DNA of 64,000 nucleotides from contig JBAYJR010000005.1 of NCBI GenBank assembly GCA_041665005.1, positions 16,312-80,311 on the forward strand. The letters are read 5' to 3'. This stretch comes from Candidatus Buchananbacteria bacterium. Lineage in GTDB: Bacteria > Patescibacteriota > Patescibacteriia > 2-01-FULL-39-33 > JBAYJR01. The notes under the pieces are model-generated. The model saw only the letters and a list, made by a program, of their open reading frames with translations. It did not search any database and had not been told where the DNA came from. Below, piece after piece: positions 29,099 to 39,227 of the stretch (positions are counted from its first letter, which is position 1; the number at the start of each line of letters is the position of its first letter). Made by a program: the position numbers and the translations under genes.

Positions 29099-29800
29099 CT
29101 AATTTTTATTTTTGATATTTACATTTTGAATTAATTTAAGGTACAGCCAATAGGCCAACAAAGCCACGGCGACGCCAGAAAGGACATCAATAAAATAGTG
29201 ATACCTTAAATACATTGTAGACAACCAAACGCTAAGAACAAAAGGTAGTAACCACCAAAAAATAAATCTTTTACGACGCCAACAAAAAAATAAAATCACT
29301 GCGGTATGCGCCACGTGCATACTAGGAAAAGTGTCCCGAGGTGCCCGAACTAAGCTAATTATAAAATTTTCTAGCTTAAAAATTGGCCCACCGATGATTG
29401 ACTGGATAAATTTATCACTCAAATAGCTATCCGGACCAACGGCCGGTAAAATTATATACCCCGTTAAACCAATAATTGAAGTTAGACAAATTAAGATGGT
29501 TATTTTTCGGTATAATTGTTTGTTGTGTAAATAAAAATATAAGGGCGCGACAATTAACAAAGGAAGATATAATAGATAAATTAAGCTAAACCATTCAGTT
29601 AGCCAATAATTATTCCAGCTTTGGATCATTAAGGTTGGTAGTTGACCCCAAAAAAGCCAACGATCAATCGCTGTAAGTAACCAATCAAAACTTTTAATCT
29701 GCCAAAAATCAGCCAGGTAATGAATATTTTGATAAAAAAAGGCCAGCACTAGGTAAGGTGACCAGTCCAGTATAATTTGGTGAAATTTTTTTAAATTCAT
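29099..29800 (-). CDS. PAP2-family lipid phosphatase/phosphotransferase
   Basis: Membrane protein with PSMH (PSGH-like) and LRYHYFIDV (SRx5Hx3D-like) motifs. The likely start is ATG 29798-29800; the track start at 29815 is a GTG. Confidence 0.55.
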   Translation of the reverse strand: MNLKKFHQIILDWSPYLVLAFFYQNIHYLADFWQIKSFDWLLTAIDRWLFWGQLPTLMIQSWNNYWLTEWFSLIYLLYLPLLIVAPLYFYLHNKQLYRKITILICLTSIIGLTGYIILPAVGPDSYLSDKFIQSIIGGPIFKLENFIISLVRAPRDTFPSMHVAHTAVILFFCWRRKRFIFWWLLPFVLSVWLSTMYLRYHYFIDVLSGVAVALLAYWLYLKLIQNVNIKNKN

Positions 29801-29801
29801 A

Positions 29802-31091
29802 TTAATGCGTCGCACAACTAATACAAGGGTCGTAGGCGCGGATTAGGGCGCGAATTTTAATCTGGCGATCATGAGGTTTTAGTTTGGTAATATTTGGCAA
29901 GTAAACCTTAATGTCTTCTTCGATATTATCTAAAAATTGTACGGTTGGGGTGATAATATCGGCCTGTTCAATAATACCGTCGCGATTAATTAGATAATGA
30001 TGATAAAGGGTGCCTCGAGGCGCTTCAATCGCCCCTACTCCGGCAGTGGTTTTGCCCAAAGGATTAGCCCAACCGATTAATTTTAGTTTCTGTGCTTGGC
30101 TCACTTCTACTTTAAGGCCTTGAGTATTAAAATTGTTCAGTAGTTTTTGGCACTCTTCTAACAAGTGAACAATTTCAATTGCCTGAGCTGGAATATTCAT
30201 AAAAGTATTATAAACCGGAAAATCCCAAGCTAAGGAGCGCAAAAGTTTTTTGGCTAGTGGATTTAATTGTTGATGATTGTTATTTATTCTGGCCAAAGCA
30301 CCAACCATAAAGGTACCACCAAGATACTCGGCGCGTTTAGCTGCTTCATAAGGTTTTTGTATTTCTTTAATAACCTGGGCATATTTTTCGGCTGGAATAT
30401 GTAAAGCATTAGTTGAAACCAGATCGCCTTGATAAATTGCGTATTCAGTTTTATCTTTCAATGCAATAAATTCGGTGTGACGTTTAATTACCGGATACTT
30501 GATTTTTTGGGTTAAATTAAAAATATTTTTGGCGTCAGTTAATAACTCGGGAATTTGTTGATTTAAATTTTTTAGTTTAGCTAAGTCCGGATATTTTTTA
30601 AAACCACCTACTTCCGAAGCAATCGGATGAATCGCCCGCCCACCAATTAGCGCTAAAAGTTTTAAACCAAAATCTCGTAAGCGCATCGCCGCTTGAGTTT
30701 CGACTGGATATTTTTTAACAAATTTTAAATCATTATTAAGATCAAAAAAATCCGGCAACGATAAAAAAAATAAGTGCAAGCCGTGGCTATGAATAATCTG
30801 ACCATATTGCATTAGCTTGCGTAATAAAATAGTTTGGTTGGTTGGTTGTAAGCCCAGAGCATTTTCAATTGCTTTAATGCTAGTCAAATTATGCACCACC
30901 GGACAAATGCCGCAAATTCTAGCCGTAATAATTGGTGCATCATAATAGTGCCGACCGACCAACAAGCCCTCAATTAAGCGCGAACCTTCAGTGGTAATGA
31001 ATTTAGCCTGCTTAACGTTATTACCTAAAATTTGGGCCACAAAATCAGTGTGTCCTTCCATCTTGCCAATATGATTTACTTGAATTTTCAT
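29802..31091 (-). CDS. hydA: [NiFe]-hydrogenase large (alpha) subunit, cytoplasmic group-3-type
   Basis: N-terminal RICGICP (RxCGxC) and C-terminal DPCISCATH (DPCxxCxxH) Ni-Fe ligands. The protein terminates exactly at the His, so there is no cleavable C-terminal extension. Confidence 0.85.
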   Translation of the reverse strand: MKIQVNHIGKMEGHTDFVAQILGNNVKQAKFITTEGSRLIEGLLVGRHYYDAPIITARICGICPVVHNLTSIKAIENALGLQPTNQTILLRKLMQYGQIIHSHGLHLFFLSLPDFFDLNNDLKFVKKYPVETQAAMRLRDFGLKLLALIGGRAIHPIASEVGGFKKYPDLAKLKNLNQQIPELLTDAKNIFNLTQKIKYPVIKRHTEFIALKDKTEYAIYQGDLVSTNALHIPAEKYAQVIKEIQKPYEAAKRAEYLGGTFMVGALARINNNHQQLNPLAKKLLRSLAWDFPVYNTFMNIPAQAIEIVHLLEECQKLLNNFNTQGLKVEVSQAQKLKLIGWANPLGKTTAGVGAIEAPRGTLYHHYLINRDGIIEQADIITPTVQFLDNIEEDIKVYLPNITKLKPHDRQIKIRALIRAYDPCISCATH

Positions 31092-31092
31092 A

Positions 31093-31884
31093 TTATTTTT
31101 TGGTTTTTTTACTTTCTTTGATTAACTCCACTTGAAGGCTGTCACGAACACCAAAAACTTCCAGTACTTTACTTATTTCTTCTGAGGAATGTTGGCTAAG
31201 TAATTTTTTCATCAAATTCTTGGTTTTGTGGGTTTTTTGGCTATCCTTAATTAAACCCCGACAACCCCAACAACCTTGGCCACTTTTTAAACAAATTGCC
31301 TGGCAGCCCGCCAAAGTAACTGGCCCCAAACAAATTTCACCTTGCTGTAACAAACAGTCATAACCTCGCAACTGACATTCATTACAAACCGGCTGTTGGG
31401 CAATTTTTGGTAAAACCCCCTCAATCAGCTTATTGGCAATTGTCATAAACTCTTCCCCATCAATTGGACAACCGGGAACAACTAAATCCACCTTAACAAA
31501 ATTAGCAACTTCCTTGATGATTGGATTAGCAATTCCGCGAATATCTTTATAAACCTCGTGGATAGTTTTTTTCTTTAATTGATAATTTTTTATTTCTGGT
31601 ACCCCACCTAAGGCCGCACAATTACCAATTACTACCAACCAGCGACAATGCTTTCTTAAATTTTGTAACAACTCAACGTTGGCCGGAGTAATCGGGTTGC
31701 CTTCAATAAAAACAATGTCATAATTTTCGTTCTGCTTTGAGGTTTCGGCTAGTAATCTAAATTCAGCCAAAGAAACTTTAGTCAGCCAAGCTAAAAATTT
31801 TTGACCTTGATCAAGCATAGAAAATTGACAGCCTTCGCAGGAAGTTAAGCCGATAATAGCAATTTTAGGTTTAATTTTTTCCAT
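31093..31884 (-). CDS. hydD: [NiFe]-hydrogenase small (delta) subunit, group-3-type
   Basis: IAIIGLTSCEGCQ N-terminal proximal-cluster motif and additional Cys clusters; 263 aa. Confidence 0.8.
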   Translation of the reverse strand: MEKIKPKIAIIGLTSCEGCQFSMLDQGQKFLAWLTKVSLAEFRLLAETSKQNENYDIVFIEGNPITPANVELLQNLRKHCRWLVVIGNCAALGGVPEIKNYQLKKKTIHEVYKDIRGIANPIIKEVANFVKVDLVVPGCPIDGEEFMTIANKLIEGVLPKIAQQPVCNECQLRGYDCLLQQGEICLGPVTLAGCQAICLKSGQGCWGCRGLIKDSQKTHKTKNLMKKLLSQHSSEEISKVLEVFGVRDSLQVELIKESKKTKK

Positions 31885-32341
31885 AATTTAGTAATTTTTT
31901 AGCTTCGGTAATTTTATCAATCAAAATTTGCGGTTGATTGCAAGTCAAATAAAAATGCCCAACTACAGTTTTTAAATCAATAGACCGATGCCCCTTGGCT
32001 AAATAAACGGTCTGATGGCCAGTTAAACGTCTAATACCAACGGCAGTTATTTTTTTATCACTTAGATCGGCTGTTTGCCAGTAAAAAATATTGGCCAAAG
32101 GAATTTTTTTAGAAAATAAACCAAAACCAAAGTTTAGCTGTTGCGGGGTTAAAGTAATTGTTAAGTGATTAAAATTTATTAGGTAAAACAAATTGACTAT
32201 GGCTACTAACAAACACAGGTTGCCCTTAAAGGTATAACCTAATTGATAATGATAAGCCAAATAAAGAGGAACTATTATCAAAACCACAAAGACCCCAGTT
32301 AAACCAGGATAAGTTAATTGGCGAGTGCGATATAAAATCAT
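31871..32341 (-). CDS. hypothetical membrane protein inserted in the hydrogenase operon
   Basis: 156 aa with 3 TM helices. No motif. Confidence 0.35.
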   Translation of the reverse strand: MILYRTRQLTYPGLTGVFVVLIIVPLYLAYHYQLGYTFKGNLCLLVAIVNLFYLINFNHLTITLTPQQLNFGFGLFSKKIPLANIFYWQTADLSDKKITAVGIRRLTGHQTVYLAKGHRSIDLKTVVGHFYLTCNQPQILIDKITEAKKLLNYGKN

Positions 32342-33096
32342 ATAGTTAAATTAGCAATGGCTAAGTTATCAGCGGTAATTTTTTTTAAGTACTGCAACTG
32401 TTTAAGGGTTAATTTGTCACAAAACCAATTCCAATGAAAAGAAACATAATCCCCTACTTTAACTTCTAAACTTAGATTCTTTTCGGGCTGAGCTTTAAAA
32501 ATCTTTTTTATAGTAGTTAAACCAAAGTCTAGTTCGCCATCAATTAGCGCCAAAGGCTGGGTACTAACTGAAAAGCTGTCGCCATTATCGGCCACTACTT
32601 GCCCCCAGGAAATTTTACAATTATCCATGGTTTCTAAGGTATGTTCTAAAGTAAAATGTCCAGTGCGAATAAAAACATTAAAGACATGCCAGCTATGATG
32701 TGGCCAAGGTCGTAAGTTAATTTTATCAGTAATTTCGTTCCACAAATTATTTTTTATTTTTTTATTAAGTTGTAGATCGTCACGTAAAAAATTATATAAA
32801 CTATTTTGTGAAACTTTAGTTAATAATTTATTACCAAGCCAATAGGCTTCTACTACCGAAGCAGCAAAGGGATCAGAAATTTTATTAGCCTCAGCAATTA
32901 ATTTTAAATAAGGATGCATGGTGTTAAATTCTTTTAACAACTCAACCAAACCTAAATCCGCAACTTTTTCCGCGCTGTAGGCTAAAATCTCCTTAGGATT
33001 ATCACCACCACAGTATTTTAACCAATTAGGCGGTAAAGCATAGCGACTACAAAGCAATAGCCCAGCTTGATTAGATTTTGTTAAGGATAGGGTCAT
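32338..33096 (-). CDS. hypothetical protein inside the hydrogenase locus
   Basis: 252 aa, soluble, no recognised motif. Confidence 0.35.
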   Translation of the reverse strand: MTLSLTKSNQAGLLLCSRYALPPNWLKYCGGDNPKEILAYSAEKVADLGLVELLKEFNTMHPYLKLIAEANKISDPFAASVVEAYWLGNKLLTKVSQNSLYNFLRDDLQLNKKIKNNLWNEITDKINLRPWPHHSWHVFNVFIRTGHFTLEHTLETMDNCKISWGQVVADNGDSFSVSTQPLALIDGELDFGLTTIKKIFKAQPEKNLSLEVKVGDYVSFHWNWFCDKLTLKQLQYLKKITADNLAIANLTI

Positions 33097-33976
33097 AGTT
33101 ATTATTGTAATTAGAGCGATATTTTACCACTAAAAAAACTCCTATAATAAATATACCATAAATAATACCTTGTTTAATTACAAAATTGTGAGTAACAAAA
33201 ATTGTTTGTAAAATAGTAGTAATTGGCGAAGCCACAACCAAAATTGTGCTAACTGTGGTAACTGATAAGTTTTTTAAAGCTAAATACCAAGTACTAATAA
33301 ACAGCGCTAACAAAACTCCCGTTAGACCTAGCCACAGCCACTGATTAAGATTAAATTGCCAGATTAACAAATTTTTTGGCGAAACAAATAAAGCAATCAA
33401 CGGTAAACCAATCAGTAGCCTACTAAAACCAACCATTAGAGGCGAATAATTAGCTAATAAATTTTTGGCTAGGATAAATTCTACAGCCCAAATTAACGTA
33501 GCCAAAAACACCAAATAATCACCAGGTTGGTTAAGCCAAGTAAACTGACCAAACAATAAATAATTACCACCAAACAATATCGCCAAACCGGCATATTGTT
33601 GCCAGTTAATTTTTTCTTTTAGCCAAAATACTGCCAAGCAAGCAATCCAAACGAATAAAGTTTTGTGAATAAAGGAAGCGTTAATGGCGCTGGTTTGCGC
33701 TAGGCCCTTAAAATACCATATAAAAGCTAAGCCACCCCCGCCCAAGCCAATTAGCAAAAATTTAATCCAGGGCAAATTTTTAGTAGTACCAAGTTTAAAA
33801 TTTTTCAAGCTGGGATAAATTAAGGCAAATAAACAGATAACCGCAACTAAATTTTTTAAAAAAGTATATTGTACTGGGTCGGCAAAATTATTTAAAGCTA
33901 GTTTATTAACAAAATTGGCCAGACCGGAAATTACTGCTGCTAAAACGGCTAAAGCTAAATATTTATATTTTTTCAT
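33071..33976 (-). CDS. EamA/DMT-family transporter
   Basis: 10-TM protein with an EamA-like duplication. Confidence 0.65.
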   Translation of the reverse strand: MKKYKYLALAVLAAVISGLANFVNKLALNNFADPVQYTFLKNLVAVICLFALIYPSLKNFKLGTTKNLPWIKFLLIGLGGGGLAFIWYFKGLAQTSAINASFIHKTLFVWIACLAVFWLKEKINWQQYAGLAILFGGNYLLFGQFTWLNQPGDYLVFLATLIWAVEFILAKNLLANYSPLMVGFSRLLIGLPLIALFVSPKNLLIWQFNLNQWLWLGLTGVLLALFISTWYLALKNLSVTTVSTILVVASPITTILQTIFVTHNFVIKQGIIYGIFIIGVFLVVKYRSNYNNNYDPILNKI

Positions 33977-34178
33977 GTTGATTTAAAATTTTTAAAATCT
34001 CTTTAGCTTCTTTGGCGGTAATTTTACTTAAAGCCAAATTAGCGTTTGTTAGTAACCAATCCCCTGTTTTTACTTTAGCTAATAATAAATTTTTGACTTG
34101 ATAAATCTTTTTACCATTTTTCACGGTCAGCTCATTATTTTTTATTTTAATTATTTGTACCGGAGTAGTTAAACACAT
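33963..34178 (-). CDS. hypC: [NiFe]-hydrogenase maturation chaperone HypC/HupF
   Basis: The N-terminus MCLTTP matches the invariant MC(L/I)(A/G)(I/V)P motif; 71 aa. Confidence 0.7.
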   Translation of the reverse strand: MCLTTPVQIIKIKNNELTVKNGKKIYQVKNLLLAKVKTGDWLLTNANLALSKITAKEAKEILKILNQHEKI

Positions 34179-34182
34179 AAAA

Positions 34183-34989
34183 TTAGATGGCTTCGGGAAT
34201 ATTTTTTAATTGTTCATAAGTAAACACTGGACCATCTTTACAAACATAATAGGGACCAATCGCACAATGCTGACAAACTCCTAAACCGCAATACATTTTT
34301 CTTTCAAGCGACAAATAAATATTACTTGGTAAAACTTTTTTAGCTAACAAGGATTTTAAAACAAATTTATACATCAGCGGTGGGCCAACCATAATTATTT
34401 TGGTGGTTAAAGAAATTTGAGTCTGGTTTAATAATTCAGTAATTAACCCTTGTTTACCGGGCCACGAACCTTCTGGTTGCTCTAAAATTACTTTAAAGTC
34501 ACTTTTAGCCTGCCAAGTAGCTTGTTCCTTGGTAAATAATAGTGCCCTTTGATTTTTACAGCCATAAATTGTTTGCAAAGATTTTAATGGTAATTTACCG
34601 GCTGTGTAGTCTAAAATAATTGGCCGCAAAGGAATAAAGCCGCAGCCACCACCAATTAGTAACACTGATTGATTAAGTAACTCTTTAGCCAGGCCATTAC
34701 CAAAAGGGCCCCGAATAAATAGGTTATTTCCAGGTTTTAGCTGTTGTAATTTGGTGGTTAAGCCACCAACTTGGCGCACGGCCACGGCTAAAGTATTTTT
34801 AATTTCCGGTGAAGAAGTAAGGCTCAAAGCGGCCTCGCCCCAACCCGGTAAGCCAGCCATAATAAACTGTAAGTATTTAAAATCAAACCTGGTAGCACGA
34901 GGTAACTGTAAGGTTAATAACTTTGTATCCGCCGAGACTGCTTGGCTGCTTAAAATTTTTACCGCTAAAGGTAGATAAGGATTATTCAT
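34183..34989 (-). CDS. hydG: hydrogenase gamma subunit (FAD/NAD(P)-binding reductase with C-terminal [2Fe-2S] motif, PyrK-like)
   Basis: Ferredoxin-reductase-like fold and C-terminal CGLGVCQHCAIGPYYVCKDGPVF. Confidence 0.7.
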   Translation of the reverse strand: MNNPYLPLAVKILSSQAVSADTKLLTLQLPRATRFDFKYLQFIMAGLPGWGEAALSLTSSPEIKNTLAVAVRQVGGLTTKLQQLKPGNNLFIRGPFGNGLAKELLNQSVLLIGGGCGFIPLRPIILDYTAGKLPLKSLQTIYGCKNQRALLFTKEQATWQAKSDFKVILEQPEGSWPGKQGLITELLNQTQISLTTKIIMVGPPLMYKFVLKSLLAKKVLPSNIYLSLERKMYCGLGVCQHCAIGPYYVCKDGPVFTYEQLKNIPEAI

Positions 34990-34990
34990 A

Positions 34991-35965
34991 CTATTTTTTT
35001 GTCGTTGGTTTTTTTAGTTCCGCTAAAACTTTTCTAATATCAATTCCTACCGGACAAACCTGGTAACAACGTAAACAACTTATACAGCCTGGCACCGCGT
35101 ATTTATATTGCTGCGGAATTCGCACAAATTTATGGGTATACCAAAAAAAGATTCTTTGTTTAATGGTTTCTTGAAAATTATTACCACCGGCCACTAGGCC
35201 AAAATCTGAATTAAAACAATTGCCCGCTACCCGGCAACGGCTACAATTTTTTTCAGTCAAATCAAAGCAATAACAAGTTGGACAAACCGCCGAGCATTTA
35301 CCACAGGCTAAGCAAGTTTTGGCTAATTTTTCCCAAACGGGATGATTAACTGATTTACTTATCAACCCCGCCAATTCTTGAGCTTTAATTGAGCCTTCTT
35401 TGGCCGGGCCAATAAAGGCTACGTGTTGGTAATCAGTAATTCCCTGATTTTCCAAAAATTGTTGCCCCCTTTTGGTACCGGTATAAAAAATAAAATTAGC
35501 GCCATGTTTAATAATAAAAACATCAAAGACTAAATGTTCTAATAAATTATCTTCCAATTCTAAGGCAAAATTTTTGTAATGTTTAGCACTAACAGCGTCG
35601 GCTGGGTGAAAACCAATCACTAAAATTTGACGGCGACGAGCTTGGTAATAAGGATCTTTGGCAAAAACTTGTTCATACAAGGTTAATGCCTTTAAATCTA
35701 AGACGTTCAAACCCCAGGCAATAATGTTTTTTGCTTCTTGATTAATTACGGTTTCCACCTTAGTTTTTTGATAAGTAATTATTTCTTGTTCGGCTGGTAA
35801 AAATATTTCTTTAAAAGAGTTTTGCGGCAGCTTACCAGAATAATCTACGGTTTTAACTTGCGTAATTTTTTGCACCAAAATTTGACGTTTAATTACCACG
35901 GGTCCGTAAATTATAAAACTACCTAATAACTTCTTTAGCCATTTGTCTAAATCTTTTTTTAGCAT
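34991..35965 (-). CDS. hydB: hydrogenase beta subunit (AsrA-like, 2x[4Fe-4S])
   Basis: CLACGKCSAVCPTCYCF and CISCLRCYQVCPVG ferredoxin motifs. The likely start is ATG 35963-35965 (MLKKDLDKW); the track ORF over-extends into the upstream gene. Confidence 0.7.
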   Translation of the reverse strand: MLKKDLDKWLKKLLGSFIIYGPVVIKRQILVQKITQVKTVDYSGKLPQNSFKEIFLPAEQEIITYQKTKVETVINQEAKNIIAWGLNVLDLKALTLYEQVFAKDPYYQARRRQILVIGFHPADAVSAKHYKNFALELEDNLLEHLVFDVFIIKHGANFIFYTGTKRGQQFLENQGITDYQHVAFIGPAKEGSIKAQELAGLISKSVNHPVWEKLAKTCLACGKCSAVCPTCYCFDLTEKNCSRCRVAGNCFNSDFGLVAGGNNFQETIKQRIFFWYTHKFVRIPQQYKYAVPGCISCLRCYQVCPVGIDIRKVLAELKKPTTKK

Positions 35966-35969
35966 AAAA

Positions 35970-36977
35970 TTAACGCCAAGTTGGTTGCCATAATTTTTTT
36001 GTTTCTTGCCAAAAAGTATTATCCCCCGACAATTTACGCCAATACATCCACTCCGCTCCCCAAAGATAATATTCCGTAAAGCCGGTTTTTTTAGCGTAAC
36101 TAATTGTCTCACTTAAGCGCGTCAAATTCATAGAGTTGTTTTGTTCGTCTTTGCTCATTTCTTTCATCGGTTTCCAAGTCCAGGGCTCGGCTTGTAATTC
36201 GGTAACAATTATCTTTTTTTGTCCGTAAAGTTTTTGCACCACATAGGCATGTAAACGATAAAGGGCTGGTGGAAGATGATAAGACCAAAAACCTAAATAT
36301 TTATTCCAAACTATGCGATACATAGTGGTGCCCAAATAATCAGACAGTGAAGCCACTCTAAACCAACCGGATAATTCTCCTGAATCGGTTAAATAGACTG
36401 GTCGCGGGTCTAAAGATTGAATTAGGGCGTATTCCTCGGCCAAAAAAGCCTTATCTGGTTTAGGGCAAACGCCAAACAATGAAAGCAAAGGCTCATTTTC
36501 TAGTTGCCAAGCCTTAATATTGTGATAGTTTTTAAAATGTTCTAACTCTACGCGTAGTAATTGCAAAACTTTGGCTTGACTTTCGGTTTCGGGAAAATTT
36601 TTTAGCCAGGCCGGATCGTGACATTCTGGCCAACGCGGTTGCCGACGACCCAAAGTCAAAATTACTTGCACCCCTCGCCTATCAGCTTCCTGTAATTGCC
36701 AATCAATATCTTTAAAATCATATTGGCCGGGAGCTTTTTCTATTTCTGACCAATAATTAGATAAGCGTAAATTATTTACTTTTAAATCATCTAAAATTGC
36801 CAAATAAGTTTGCCGCCAATTTAAACCCAATTGTTCCGCGTAAGGTTTAGAAAAAGAAACCCCCCAGCTAATATTAGCTTTAGTGTAATCTTGCTGATAA
36901 ATAATATAAATTAACAAAATTGCGATAATAACGACTAACCAGCCAGTGCGACTTTTAAAAAAATTATAAAATTTCAT
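35970..36977 (-). CDS. membrane-anchored TIM-barrel glycoside hydrolase (GH-A clan / GH5-like)
   Basis: N-terminal TM helix, VQVILTLG, and WQLENEPL (the NEP catalytic-acid motif). Confidence 0.45.
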   Translation of the reverse strand: MKFYNFFKSRTGWLVVIIAILLIYIIYQQDYTKANISWGVSFSKPYAEQLGLNWRQTYLAILDDLKVNNLRLSNYWSEIEKAPGQYDFKDIDWQLQEADRRGVQVILTLGRRQPRWPECHDPAWLKNFPETESQAKVLQLLRVELEHFKNYHNIKAWQLENEPLLSLFGVCPKPDKAFLAEEYALIQSLDPRPVYLTDSGELSGWFRVASLSDYLGTTMYRIVWNKYLGFWSYHLPPALYRLHAYVVQKLYGQKKIIVTELQAEPWTWKPMKEMSKDEQNNSMNLTRLSETISYAKKTGFTEYYLWGAEWMYWRKLSGDNTFWQETKKLWQPTWR

Positions 36978-36979
36978 AG

Positions 36980-37552
36980 TTAACTGCGCTTAATTCTTCT
37001 TACGTAAGGCTCAATCAAAATAATTAGGATAGTAAAAAAAGCAAATAAAGTAAAGGTCATGGTCCATTTTAGTAGACCAATTGGCCAATGTTCATAAGCG
37101 ACCGGCAAATAACACAGTAAAGACATGGCGACGCCAAAATAATAATCAACCGGAAAAATACCTAGCCATTCTTTATGAATTATTTTGGCTTCAGTTTTAA
37201 AATTATTAAGATCAATATGAGGATTAATCACAAACCACAAAAAATCCCACAAAACAATAAACAAAAAAAAGATTGAAAGAATTTCTAAAAAGTTTATTAA
37301 AGTAAACGGCACACCAAATTCAAAGGGTAACATAAAAAATAAAAAAATTAAGCCAAAAACGTGTAAATGATAACCAGTCAATTCCTTGCCGTGCATCATT
37401 TTTTTAAAAAATTTGGCATACCACTCATCTTCCGCCGGCCGCCAAGTTGGTAATTTTTTAGCCCAACCGTAAGCCCCTTCTATTTCCACTTCTAACGAAG
37501 CTAAAATAAAAGCCAATAAGCATAAATAAAGATCCGCCCAAAGATTAATCAT
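36980..37552 (-). CDS. hypothetical polytopic membrane protein
   Basis: 190 aa with 5 TM helices. Confidence 0.35.
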   Translation of the reverse strand: MINLWADLYLCLLAFILASLEVEIEGAYGWAKKLPTWRPAEDEWYAKFFKKMMHGKELTGYHLHVFGLIFLFFMLPFEFGVPFTLINFLEILSIFFLFIVLWDFLWFVINPHIDLNNFKTEAKIIHKEWLGIFPVDYYFGVAMSLLCYLPVAYEHWPIGLLKWTMTFTLFAFFTILIILIEPYVRRIKRS

Positions 37553-37556
37553 AGGG

Positions 37557-38441
37557 TTATTTAATAACTAAATATAAACCACCAGAAATTATAATAATCG
37601 CTAATATTTTTTGTAATAAAATTTTTTTGTTAACCGCCTCTTTAAAAATTTGCGGCGCTTTAAGCGAAATAACTACCGTAATAATTAGTAAAAAAGCATA
37701 TTGCACGCCTTGCATGGCGTTGATCAAACTAACACTACCTAAAGAAATGGCATAATTGATTAAGAAAAAGCCAATTGCTCCTAAAGCCTGGTTGGTTAAA
37801 AACAAAAATTGCGTTTTTTTCGGTAAGGGCTGGCTTTTGGCAAAAATCGCTGTTCGATATTTGGCAAAAAATAAAAATGGCACAACTGCTAAAAAAGCCC
37901 CAACTGACCGCCAAATAAAAGCACACAAAAATCCTAGTTCGTTGTAGGAATACTTGGAAACAGCGTAAGAAGCGGCAAACAAAAAAGTAGAAGTAGTTGC
38001 CAAGATTAAAGCCTTAGTATTAACTTTTTTACCTTCACTGGTAATTAGCAAACTACCTAAAACTAATAACTCAAATGCGACCAATTGCCAAGTAGTTAAA
38101 CGTTCGCCTACCAAAAAATAGGCAAACGCAAAAACAAAAATTGGCTGTAAGCCCCCGATATAAGGAACAATTCGTGAAGCTTCTTCCACTTTTAAAGCAC
38201 TGAAGAAGGCCAATAAAGCCAAAGAATACAAAACCCCGGAAGCCAAGGCAATAATTAATTGCCAAGCACTGGGCAAATACAGTCCCCAGGGGGCCGCTAA
38301 CAAGATAATTAAACCTAAAGTTGCAATATAAAAAGTATAAACTACCGGCCGAGAAATTTGCTTGGTTAATAAATACTTATCTATTACAAAAACAATAGCA
38401 TTTAAAAATTGAGCAATGATTACTAAAAAAAGCCAAATCAT
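37557..38441 (-). CDS. EamA/DMT-family transporter
   Basis: 10-TM protein; the third EamA paralog in the window. Confidence 0.65.
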   Translation of the reverse strand: MIWLFLVIIAQFLNAIVFVIDKYLLTKQISRPVVYTFYIATLGLIILLAAPWGLYLPSAWQLIIALASGVLYSLALLAFFSALKVEEASRIVPYIGGLQPIFVFAFAYFLVGERLTTWQLVAFELLVLGSLLITSEGKKVNTKALILATTSTFLFAASYAVSKYSYNELGFLCAFIWRSVGAFLAVVPFLFFAKYRTAIFAKSQPLPKKTQFLFLTNQALGAIGFFLINYAISLGSVSLINAMQGVQYAFLLIITVVISLKAPQIFKEAVNKKILLQKILAIIIISGGLYLVIK

Positions 38442-38478
38442 ATGGTTATATTATAACACATTTTGCTTAACTAAAAAA

Positions 38479-39207
38479 CTATTCCAAGAGAGTAATAATA
38501 AAAATCATTAACATGCCACCTAAAGTGGCAAAAATTAAAGCCCAAGAACTGTGTTCGTGATGAGCTTCGGGCAATAAATCGGCGGCGCCTAAATAAATAA
38601 AGGACCCGGCAAAGATTGCTAGTATAATGGCTAAAATATAAATTGGTAATAGAACAAAATAACCCAAAGTAGCCCCTAATAACGGCGCCAAGGCCACAGC
38701 TAACAGCCAAAAATAACTTTGACTCAAGGTTTGGTGGTGAAACAAGGAGATAGAAACAGTAGTAATGCCATCAGCTAATTTATGAAAAATAATTGCCACC
38801 GCCAAACTTAAACCTAAAGCCACTGAAACTTTAAAACCTAAACCAATAATTAAACCATCAAAAAAACTATGCAAGATTAAACTAAAAATTTTAGTTGTGC
38901 CCAAATGTTGATGTTGGGCTCGTGAGCATTTTTCACCTTCTGGGCAACTGTGCAAAATAGCCAAGCGTTGTAACAAAAATAACAGCACAAAACCTAGCAT
39001 AATCCCCCAACTTAAGTAATCATTATTAAGTTTGGTCAGATTGCTTAAATTATAACTTTCGGGAATTAAATCAAAAATTGCAACAGCGATTAAACTACCC
39101 GCCGAAAAAGCTAGCACATAATGCAACTGCTGAGAAAATTTAGTGGCTAAATAGCCACCAAGTAAAGTAGCTAAAACTGTAGCCAAGGTTAACAAAAAAA
39201 TAGTCAT
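38479..39207 (-). CDS. ZIP-family divalent metal transporter (ZupT-like)
   Basis: 8-TM protein with the His-rich loop HHEH and AIIFHKLADG (HNxxEG-like) in TM4/5. The track start at 39219 is a TTG; ATG 39205-39207 is the likely start. Confidence 0.65.
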   Translation of the reverse strand: MTIFLLTLATVLATLLGGYLATKFSQQLHYVLAFSAGSLIAVAIFDLIPESYNLSNLTKLNNDYLSWGIMLGFVLLFLLQRLAILHSCPEGEKCSRAQHQHLGTTKIFSLILHSFFDGLIIGLGFKVSVALGLSLAVAIIFHKLADGITTVSISLFHHQTLSQSYFWLLAVALAPLLGATLGYFVLLPIYILAIILAIFAGSFIYLGAADLLPEAHHEHSSWALIFATLGGMLMIFIITLLE

Positions 39208-39227
39208 AAATAAATTCAAATTATAAT

